Assembly: GCA_026391215.1 (NCBI GenBank)
Contig: JAPLDX010000036.1
Coordinates: forward strand, 1 to 15,310
DNA length: 15,310 nucleotides
From: Bacteroidia bacterium
Lineage (GTDB): Bacteria; Bacteroidota; Bacteroidia; Bacteroidales; VadinHA17
Direction of reading: 5' to 3'
The notes below the pieces were generated by a model. That model made no database searches. It saw only the letters and a list, made by a program, of their open reading frames with translations, and had not been told where the DNA came from. This document shows, in pieces, positions 1 through 7,346 of the stretch. A program made the position numbers and the translations under genes. Position 1 is the first letter of the stretch. Each line of letters begins with the position of its first letter.

Positions 1-345
1 GGTAAAGGAATAAATGTATCTGTAATTGACCTTGGAAACAGGTTCAGGATGATTGTCAACAATGTGGAAGTTGTTAAATGTCCCGATATGCCAAAGCTCC
101 CGGTAGCCAGCGTGCTGTGGAAACCGATGCCGGATCTCAAAACGGGAGCTGCTGCATGGATACTGGCAGGAGGTGCTCATCATACAGGCTTCAGCACTGC
201 AATTGACAGGGAATATCTCCAGGATTTTGCATCCATGCTTGGGATAGAATATGTTCTTATTGATGAAAAATGCGATCTGGATAATTTCAGGAAAGAGCTC
301 AGGTGGAACGAAGTTTATTATCACATTTCAGACGGGATTATATAG
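1..345 (+). CDS. araA: L-arabinose isomerase, C-terminal part (5' truncated by window edge)
   Basis: Frame is open from base 1 (GKGINVSVIDLGNRFRMIVN...). It has the AraA C-terminal motifs DLGNRFR, PKLPVA..LWKP and WILAGGAHHT, and lies next to araD/araB. ATG 49 is internal. Confidence 0.95.
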   Translation, partial: GKGINVSVIDLGNRFRMIVNNVEVVKCPDMPKLPVASVLWKPMPDLKTGAAAWILAGGAHHTGFSTAIDREYLQDFASMLGIEYVLIDEKCDLDNFRKELRWNEVYYHISDGII

Positions 346-384
346 ATATAAGGTATAACGATAAAAAAGTAAAGAGAAAAATAT

Positions 385-1086
385 ATGAAGCTCTATTCCA
401 GTTATAAGAAACATCTTGTCGCAGTTGACTCAATTATTTTCGGATATGATATTCTGGAGAAGGAGATCAAGCTGCTTCTTATTAAGCGAAGTTTCAATCC
501 GGCAAAAGGTAAATGGTCGCTGGCAGGAGGATTTATTGAGCCGGGAGAGAGCCTCGATATTGCCGCCAGCAGGGTGCTCCGTAATCTGACCGGACTCAAG
601 AATATCTTCATGAAGCAGTTGTATTGTTATGGAGATCCTGAAAGGGATCCTGGAGCAAGAGTTATTTCTGTGGCATACTGGGCGCTTATAAAGATCAAGG
701 ATATTGACCGGAAAGTAACAGACAGAAATGGAGCTCACTGGCAGTCTATTAACCAGTTGCCTAAGCTGATCTTTGATCATCAATCTATGGTTGAAAGAGC
801 ACTCAAAGAGCTTCAGCTGCAGATCCGGATCAAACCTGTGGGATTCGAACTGCTTCCCGAAAAATTCACCCTCGTTCAGATGCTTGATCTTTATGAGGCC
901 ATATACCAGAGAAAGATTGACAAGAGAAATTTCAGGAAAAAGATCCTTTCAATGAATATCCTTGAAAAGCTTGAGGAAAAGGAAAAACAAACATCCAAGA
1001 AAGGAGCATTCTACTACAAGTTCATTAAGGAAAGATACAAGAGGCTGATAAAGAACGGTTTCTATTTCAGCCTGGATGTGAATTGA
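385..1086 (+). CDS. araR: NrtR-family (Nudix + winged-helix) transcriptional regulator, arabinose-responsive AraR-like
   Basis: N-terminal Nudix fold (VAVDSIIFG, LLLIKR, GKWSLAGGF, RDPGARVISVAY, LIFDH) and C-terminal wHTH (FELLPEKFTL..LYEAI..DKRNFRKKIL). It is embedded in ara genes, like Bacteroides thetaiotaomicron AraR. Confidence 0.88.
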   Translation: MKLYSSYKKHLVAVDSIIFGYDILEKEIKLLLIKRSFNPAKGKWSLAGGFIEPGESLDIAASRVLRNLTGLKNIFMKQLYCYGDPERDPGARVISVAYWALIKIKDIDRKVTDRNGAHWQSINQLPKLIFDHQSMVERALKELQLQIRIKPVGFELLPEKFTLVQMLDLYEAIYQRKIDKRNFRKKILSMNILEKLEEKEKQTSKKGAFYYKFIKERYKRLIKNGFYFSLDVN

Positions 1087-1111
1087 AAACATCTGCCTAA
1101 AATTTGAGAAC

Positions 1112-1804
1112 ATGCTTGAAAAGTTAAAAGCAAGTGTCTGTAAAGCAAATCTTGATCTTGTAAATCACGGACTGGTAATTCATACCTGGGGCAATGTCAG
1201 CGGCAGGGACAAGAAAACCGGGCTGATTGTAATAAAGCCATCGGGGGTGAATTATGAATCAATGAAGCCAGGTGATATGGTGGTACTTGATCCGGATGGA
1301 AAGATTGTTGAAGGTAAATTCAATCCGTCAACAGATGCCCCCACTCATTTATTATTATATCAAACCTTCATGGCGATAGGAGGAATTGTCCATACTCATT
1401 CAACATTTGCCACATCATGGGCTCAGGCAGGAAAAGATATTCCCCCCCTGGGTACAACTCATGCTGACCATTTTTATGGGGAAGTGCCCTGTACCAGGAA
1501 GCTGAGGAAAAATGAGATCGAAAATAAATATGAGATCAATACGGGAAAAGTGATCATCGAGAGGATGAGAGGCACAGATCCTATGGCAGTACCATCAGTG
1601 CTGGTCTGTTCCCACGGTCCTTTCTGCTGGGGCTCAGATCCTGAAGAGGCTGTTTATAATGCGGTTGCCCTTGAAGAGATTGCCCGGATGGCCTTATACA
1701 CATTCCTGCTCGGAAAGGACGAACCTGTTGACAAGTTCCTGCTTGACAAGCATTTCGGCAGGAAACACGGGAGGGATGCATATTACGGACAGGGTAAAAA
1801 ATAA
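1112..1804 (+). CDS. araD: L-ribulose-5-phosphate 4-epimerase
   Basis: Class II aldolase/epimerase motifs TWGNVS, IKPSGV, PSTDAPTH, GGIVHTHS, GTTHADHF, HGPFCWG and C-terminal KHG..AYYGQ; 230 aa. Confidence 0.96.
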   Translation: MLEKLKASVCKANLDLVNHGLVIHTWGNVSGRDKKTGLIVIKPSGVNYESMKPGDMVVLDPDGKIVEGKFNPSTDAPTHLLLYQTFMAIGGIVHTHSTFATSWAQAGKDIPPLGTTHADHFYGEVPCTRKLRKNEIENKYEINTGKVIIERMRGTDPMAVPSVLVCSHGPFCWGSDPEEAVYNAVALEEIARMALYTFLLGKDEPVDKFLLDKHFGRKHGRDAYYGQGKK

Positions 1805-1822
1805 CAAATCATAAATATAATC

Positions 1823-3496
1823 ATGGCAAAGAAATATGTGATCGGGATCGATTATGGAACCGATTCAGTCCGTTCTGTCGTAGTTGATACAGGCAATGGT
1901 AAAATTATCGGAACATCTGTATTTGAATATCCCAGGTGGAAAAAAGGTCTCTATTGTGATCCTTCCCTGAATCAGTTCCGGCAGCACCCGCTGGACTATG
2001 TTGAAGGGCTAGAACAATCAGTAAAGAATTCGCTGAAAGGTTTAAGCCGCGAGATAACAGATAACATTGCAGGTATTACAATTGACACTACCGGTTCAAC
2101 ACCGGTACCTGTTGATAAAGATGGTGTTCCTCTATCAATGAAGCCAGGCTTTGAAAATGATCCTGATGCAATGTTTATTTTATGGAAAGATCATACTTCA
2201 GTCAAAGAAGCTGAAGAGATAAATGATCTTGCAAGATCATGGGGAGGTACTGATTTCACCAGGTATGAAGGAGGTATTTATTCATCGGAATGGTTCTGGG
2301 CAAAGATACTTCATGTTCTCCGTAAGAACGCCAAAGTAAGAGAGCATGCTTTCTCATGGGTAGAACACTGTGACTGGCTGCCGGCGCTTCTATGCGGAAA
2401 TACAGATCCGCTTCAAATCAAAAGAAGCCGTTGTGCTGCAGGCCATAAGGCTATGTGGCATCCTGACTTCAATGGTTTGCCGGATGAGAAATTTCTGACA
2501 GGGCTTGATCCTTTGCTGGCCGGATTAAGAGGCCGTCTGTATACTGAAACATACACCTGTGATATTCCCGTGGGTAATCTTACCCGGGAATGGGCCTTAA
2601 AGCTTTCTCTCCCTGAAAATGTTAAGGTGGGAGCAGGATCCTTTGATGCGCACCTTGGTGCAGTAGGTGGTGAGATCAAACCATATCAGCTTATAAAAAT
2701 TATGGGAACCTCTACATGCGATATGCTTGTATCACCCTTAGAAGAGGTCGGAGATAAGCTGATAGCAGGCATCTGCGGCCAGGTTGAAGGATCTATTATG
2801 CCAGGGATGCTTGGTCTTGAAGCCGGGCAGTCAGCTTTCGGAGATGTTTACGCATGGTTCGGAAAGTTGTTGCTGTGGCCCGTAAATGAGATCATTTCAG
2901 AAATGAAGTGGCTCGATGAAAAAACAAAAGAAAGGATCAGCAATGAGACTTCGGAAAGGATCATTGCCGAACTGAGCAGCAAGGCAGAAAAGATTCCTGA
3001 TGACGAAACAGCCCTGGTTGCTCTCGACTGGCTCAACGGCAGGAGGACCCCTGATGCCAATCAGGCATTAAAAGGGGCTATTGCAGGCCTGTCACTGGGC
3101 TCTGATGCTCCAAGGATATTTAAAGCGCTGGTAGAGGCAACAGCTTTTGGGTCACGAATGATAAATGAGAGATTCATCTCTGAAGGTTTAAGGATAGATG
3201 GCGTTATAGCCACCGGAGGGGTCGCCAAAAAGAATCCCTTTGTTATGCAGATTGTCTCAGATGTACTGAATATGCCAATCAAAGTTGCCAGCTCGGAACA
3301 GACCTGTGCACTGGGTTCCGCAATTGCTGCGTCGGTAGTGGCAGGTATCCATAAGGATATTCCGGCTGCTCAGAAAGCTATGGGCAGTGGATTTGAAAAA
3401 GAATATAGACCTGATCCGGCAAGGGCAAAGAAGTACGAAGCTCTTTTTGAAAAATACAAAAAGTTAGGCTCGTTCGTTGAAAAACAATTAATATAA
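1823..3496 (+). CDS. araB: L-ribulokinase (FGGY family, AraB type)
   Basis: Motifs GIDYGTDSVR, YPRW..G.YCD...NQFRQHP.DY, DTTGSTP, LWKDH, GGIYSSEWFWAK, CAAGHKAMW, GTSTCD, EAGQSAFGD and DWLNGRRTPDANQ; 557 aa. Confidence 0.95.
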   Translation: MAKKYVIGIDYGTDSVRSVVVDTGNGKIIGTSVFEYPRWKKGLYCDPSLNQFRQHPLDYVEGLEQSVKNSLKGLSREITDNIAGITIDTTGSTPVPVDKDGVPLSMKPGFENDPDAMFILWKDHTSVKEAEEINDLARSWGGTDFTRYEGGIYSSEWFWAKILHVLRKNAKVREHAFSWVEHCDWLPALLCGNTDPLQIKRSRCAAGHKAMWHPDFNGLPDEKFLTGLDPLLAGLRGRLYTETYTCDIPVGNLTREWALKLSLPENVKVGAGSFDAHLGAVGGEIKPYQLIKIMGTSTCDMLVSPLEEVGDKLIAGICGQVEGSIMPGMLGLEAGQSAFGDVYAWFGKLLLWPVNEIISEMKWLDEKTKERISNETSERIIAELSSKAEKIPDDETALVALDWLNGRRTPDANQALKGAIAGLSLGSDAPRIFKALVEATAFGSRMINERFISEGLRIDGVIATGGVAKKNPFVMQIVSDVLNMPIKVASSEQTCALGSAIAASVVAGIHKDIPAAQKAMGSGFEKEYRPDPARAKKYEALFEKYKKLGSFVEKQLI

Positions 3497-3498
3497 TC

Positions 3499-3544
3499 CT
3501 TTGTGTTACTTCGTACCGAGTACTCGGGACAAAGGGACACAAAG
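3499..3544. repeat. 46-bp imperfect inverted repeat (hairpin) directly after the araB stop
   Basis: CTTTGTGT (3499-3506) pairs with ACACAAAG (3537-3544). The central perfect palindrome CCGAGTACTCGG (3516-3527) shares the same axis. 19 of 23 positions are Watson-Crick complementary. Confidence 0.85.
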
Positions 3545-3574
3545 AAAGGAGCTAAAAAAATAAATCGAAAAACA

Positions 3575-5143
3575 ATGAAGAAGTTATTGCTCGTTTTTTT
3601 TACTATTCTTTTTAGTGCATCCTTCACTATAAATGCTCAAAAAGAAAATACTGGAGCTATAAACCAACTTGTAATAGTTGCAAATCACACAGGGCCTGTT
3701 ATCAGCAAAGATATCTACGGCCATTTCTCTGAGCATCTCGGTGCCTGCATTTATGGCGGGATATGGGTTGGAACGGATTCGAAGATCCCAAACACTTTCG
3801 GAATAAGGAATGATGTTCTATTTGCTCTTCGCGAGATTAAGATCCCTAATCTGCGGTGGCCGGGCGGCTGCTTTGCCGATACGTATCACTGGAAAGACGG
3901 GATCGGGCCTCAGGAGAAAAGGGCTTCTATAATAAATACGCATTGGGGAGGTGTGACAGAGGATAATTCATTTGGAACTCATGAATTCATGAAGCTTTCG
4001 GAGCTTCTGGGCTGTGACGCATATATTAATGGTAACGTTGGTTCAGGAACAGTCCAGGAAATGGCTGAATGGGTTGAATATATGACTTCGGACTCTGAAA
4101 GCCCAATGACAAAACTGAGAAAAGAGAATGGCCGTGATGAGCCATGGAAAGTAAAGTTCTTTGCCATTGGCAATGAGAACTGGGGTTGCGGCGGTAATAT
4201 GACGCCGGAATTTTACGGGGATGTGATGAGACAATTCTCTACCTATCTTAAAGATTTTTCAGGGAATCATCTGTACCGCGTAGCCTGTGGCGCAAGCGAC
4301 TTTGATTACCAATGGACAGAGACACTGATGAAAGAACCAAAAAACCGTGGTATGTTCCAGGGACTCTCCCTGCATTATTATTCAGTTCCGGGCGGATGGG
4401 GGAGTAAAGGCAGTGCTACAAATTTTACTGAAAATGACTGGTTTGAAACATTCAGGCTCAATTATCAGATGGACGCTATCATTAAAGGTCATACAGCCAT
4501 TATGGACAGGTATGATCCGGGAAATACAAAGGGACTGGTGATTGATGAATGGGGCAACTGGTTCCAGGTTGAACCAGGAACAAATCCGGGTTTCCTGTAC
4601 CAGCAGAACACTCTCAGGGATGCGATAACTGCAGCCATTCACCTTAATATTTTCAATCACCATGCCGACAGAGTAAAAGTGGCAAACCTGGCTCAGGTAG
4701 TGAATGTGCTTCAGTCAGTGATACTTACGAAGGAAGACAAAATGGTGCTTACTCCTACTTACCATGTCTTCAGGATGTTCAGGGTTCATCAGGAAGCACA
4801 GCTTCTTAACATCGACCTCCGTTGCGAGGATTATGTTGTCGGAGAAAGGGCAATCCCGGCAATATCAGCCTCTGCTTCTGTTGACAAGGAAGGTAAAATC
4901 CATATTTCACTTGCAAATCTGAACCCGAATAAAGAGATTACCCTGACTTGCCCGGTAATAGGGGAAAGTTACAAGAGCGTCACAGGTGAAGTCCTTACAG
5001 CAAATGAAATGGCCTCATTTAACAGCTTTGAAAAACCCGATGCAGTTAAACCATCAGTATTCAACGGATTTAAAATGAAAGAAGGAGTATTGACCGTTAC
5101 AATGCCACCAAAATCTGTGGTAGTACTTGAGTTAATAAAATAA
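3575..5143 (+). CDS. GH51 alpha-L-arabinofuranosidase, secreted (signal peptide I)
   Basis: Motifs IYGHFSEHLG, LRWPGGCFAD.YHW, NSFGTHEF, GNENWGCGG (acid/base Glu), DEWG (nucleophile Glu) and ANLAQVVNVLQ. Start moved from GTG 3503 to ATG 3575, which gives the signal peptide MKKLLLVFFTILFSASFTINA-Q. Confidence 0.93.
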   Translation: MKKLLLVFFTILFSASFTINAQKENTGAINQLVIVANHTGPVISKDIYGHFSEHLGACIYGGIWVGTDSKIPNTFGIRNDVLFALREIKIPNLRWPGGCFADTYHWKDGIGPQEKRASIINTHWGGVTEDNSFGTHEFMKLSELLGCDAYINGNVGSGTVQEMAEWVEYMTSDSESPMTKLRKENGRDEPWKVKFFAIGNENWGCGGNMTPEFYGDVMRQFSTYLKDFSGNHLYRVACGASDFDYQWTETLMKEPKNRGMFQGLSLHYYSVPGGWGSKGSATNFTENDWFETFRLNYQMDAIIKGHTAIMDRYDPGNTKGLVIDEWGNWFQVEPGTNPGFLYQQNTLRDAITAAIHLNIFNHHADRVKVANLAQVVNVLQSVILTKEDKMVLTPTYHVFRMFRVHQEAQLLNIDLRCEDYVVGERAIPAISASASVDKEGKIHISLANLNPNKEITLTCPVIGESYKSVTGEVLTANEMASFNSFEKPDAVKPSVFNGFKMKEGVLTVTMPPKSVVVLELIK

Positions 5144-5314
5144 CCTCTCCCCCTAAATCCTCCTCCAGGTGAAGGGGCCTCTCCCCAAACCCCTCCCCCG
5201 GGAGGGAGGGGCTTAAGAACATAAAAGAATCAGCTTCCCCCTCTCTCACCGGGAGAGGGGGACAGGAAGGGGTGAGGCAAACAAACAAAAGAGAGGGGGA
5301 CAGGAGGAGGTGAG
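5144..5314. repeat. Cluster of GC-rich REP/REPIN-like palindromic repeats (two forward units, AT-rich spacer, two inverted units)
   Basis: Units 5144-5177 and 5178-5211 both start CCTCTCCCC and end GGGG. Hairpins: CCCCTCCC/GGGAGGGG (5190-5211) and TCCCCCTCTC/GAGAGGGGGA (5236-5262). The 15-bp direct repeat GAGAGGGGGACAGGA occurs at 5253 and 5291. Confidence 0.85.
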
Positions 5315-5336
5315 ACAGAAAACCAAAAGTATTGTT

Positions 5337-7346
5337 ATGAAAAAATCGCACAGTCTCTTAATATTGATTTTATCAGGAACCCTTGTTTATTCAGGATGCT
5401 CAAAATCCATCTCTTCCGGCGATTATCCCATTCAGCCCGTTCCATTTACTTCAGTTAAGCTTACTGATAATTTCTGGGCTCCGCGTATAAAAAAGAATGC
5501 ATCAGTAACCATCCCTATTGCATTTTCATACTGTGAATCTACAGGCAGGGTAAAGAACTTTGAAATTGCCGGAGGGCTTGATACAGGAAGATTTCTGACA
5601 ATATATCCCTTTGATGATTCCGATGTATATAAAATAATTGAAGGCGCTGCCTATTCACTACAGACATTTCCTGATCCTGAACTTGATGCATATCTTGACA
5701 CTCTTATATATAAGATCGGTCTGGCTCAGGAGGATGACGGCTATCTTTACACGAACCGGACAATAGCAGAAATGCATGGAGGCAAGGGACTTCATGAATG
5801 GGCAAGCCCGAACAGATGGGAGCTTGACTTTATACTCAGCCATGAGCTTTATAACCTTGGACATCTTTACGAAGCTGCGGTTGCCCATTACCAGGCGACA
5901 GGAAAAAGAACGCTCCTCGATATAGCGCTTAAATCAGCAGATCTTGTCAACAAGGATTTCGGTTGGGATAGGATTAAAGTATATCCCGGACACCAGGTCA
6001 TTGAAATGGGCCTTGTGAAGCTCTACAGGACGACAGGTGACAGGAAATACCTTGACCTGGCAAAATTCTTTCTCGATATCCGGGGACCCAAAGGAGACTC
6101 ATACAACCAGGCCCGTATAAAGCCTGTTGATCAGACTGAAGCAGTAGGTCATTCAGTAAGAGCCACTTATATGTACTCTGGAATGGCCGACATTGCAGCT
6201 ATAGAAAAGGATAAAGCATACCTGAATGCTATCACCAGGATATGGGAGGATATTGTATTCCGCAAGATGTATATTACAGGTGGCATAGGCGCCACAGGAG
6301 GAAATGAGGGTTTTGCAGAGCCTTATGTGCTTCCAAATATGTCAGCCTACTGTGAAACCTGCGCATCAATTGGTGATATTTTTACCAACCACAGGCTTTT
6401 CCTGTTGCATGGGGAAAGCAAATATATCGACATTCTTGAAAAAACATTGTATAATTCAATGCTGTCGGGAGTCTCTTTGTCAGCTGACAGGTTCTTCTAT
6501 CCCAATCCTCTTGAATCAAATGGCCAGCATGAACGAAGCGCTTGGTTTGGATGCGCATGCTGCCCGTCAAATATTGCCAGATTCGTACCAGCCATCCCGG
6601 GATATATCTATGCAGTTACAGATGAAGATCTTTATGTCAACCTTTTCATTTCCAATGATGCTGACATAACTATTGGCAAAAACAGGGTAAGGATATCACA
6701 GGAGGCAAATTTCCCATGGGATGGGAAAGCTGAAATCACAGTATTCCCTGATATAGATAAAAGATTCTCACTGAAGATACGTATCCCCGGATGGGCGCTT
6801 AACGAGGCGATGCCCGGAAACCTCTACAGGTTTGATGATCAGAATGCAGAAACTTATACCATCTCCCTGAACGGAAAAGTAATAAAACCTGAATTTGAAA
6901 ACGGGTATGCTGAAATTGAACGGAAATGGAAGAAGGGAGACCGGATCACAATAGATCTTCCAATGCCTGTACGCAGAGTTATTGCAGATGAACGGGTCAA
7001 AGAGGATATAGGCAAAATGGCTATCCAGCGTGGTCCTGTCATTTACTGCGCCGAATGGCCGGATAACAACACCGGTAATGTAAGGAATATTGTAATTGAC
7101 AGAGAGTCTCCACTTACAACAGAGTTTGTGCCCTCCCTTCTTGATGGTGCTCAGGTTATAAGGACACAAGGCTTTCAGACAAAGAAGATGTTGAATGGGG
7201 AGATCGAAAAGATGCCTTCGGAGCCTGTGACACTGATCCCATACGCTTTATGGAACAATCGCGGACCAGGACAGATGATGGTCTGGCTCCCTTTTAAAAC
7301 TGAAAGCACACATCCGCTTAATAATGAACCTGATAACAAGAGATGA
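5337..7346 (+). CDS. GH127 beta-L-arabinofuranosidase-like cysteine glycosidase, predicted lipoprotein
   Basis: Motifs PFDDSDVYK..EG, HELYNLGHLYEAAVA, GHSVRA.Y, YITGGIG..NEGF, YCETCASIG and CACCPSN (HypBA1-type Glu/Cys Zn site). ATG 5337 gives the signal peptide II MKKSHSLLILILSGTLVYSG-C. Confidence 0.9.
   Translation: MKKSHSLLILILSGTLVYSGCSKSISSGDYPIQPVPFTSVKLTDNFWAPRIKKNASVTIPIAFSYCESTGRVKNFEIAGGLDTGRFLTIYPFDDSDVYKIIEGAAYSLQTFPDPELDAYLDTLIYKIGLAQEDDGYLYTNRTIAEMHGGKGLHEWASPNRWELDFILSHELYNLGHLYEAAVAHYQATGKRTLLDIALKSADLVNKDFGWDRIKVYPGHQVIEMGLVKLYRTTGDRKYLDLAKFFLDIRGPKGDSYNQARIKPVDQTEAVGHSVRATYMYSGMADIAAIEKDKAYLNAITRIWEDIVFRKMYITGGIGATGGNEGFAEPYVLPNMSAYCETCASIGDIFTNHRLFLLHGESKYIDILEKTLYNSMLSGVSLSADRFFYPNPLESNGQHERSAWFGCACCPSNIARFVPAIPGYIYAVTDEDLYVNLFISNDADITIGKNRVRISQEANFPWDGKAEITVFPDIDKRFSLKIRIPGWALNEAMPGNLYRFDDQNAETYTISLNGKVIKPEFENGYAEIERKWKKGDRITIDLPMPVRRVIADERVKEDIGKMAIQRGPVIYCAEWPDNNTGNVRNIVIDRESPLTTEFVPSLLDGAQVIRTQGFQTKKMLNGEIEKMPSEPVTLIPYALWNNRGPGQMMVWLPFKTESTHPLNNEPDNKR

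Noticed and set aside
346-384. AraR operator in the araA-araR gap or other spacers
   Set aside because: No short dyad resembling an NrtR-family operator was seen. The TGTGT/ACACA arms at 3502-3541 are too far apart for one dimer site.
1098-1106. TAAAATTTG upstream of araD as a -7 promoter element
   Set aside because: The spacing is one base off TAnnTTTG and it sits too close to the ATG.
3503-3574. GTG start for GH51 from the ORF track
   Set aside because: It runs through the palindrome and would bury the signal peptide, which begins at ATG 3575.
5144-5314. Possible CRISPR array or IS ends
   Set aside because: The units are degenerate, in mixed orientation and lack regular unique spacers. 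No cas or transposase gene and no clear target duplication were seen.
5310-5336. GTG start for GH127 from the ORF track
   Set aside because: The GTG lies within the repeat unit. ATG 5337 gives a canonical lipoprotein signal.
5097-5351. 84-aa minus-strand ORF (SPSLPGEGFGER...)
   Set aside because: It is a translation of the palindromic repeats and overlaps both flanking genes, so it is likely spurious.
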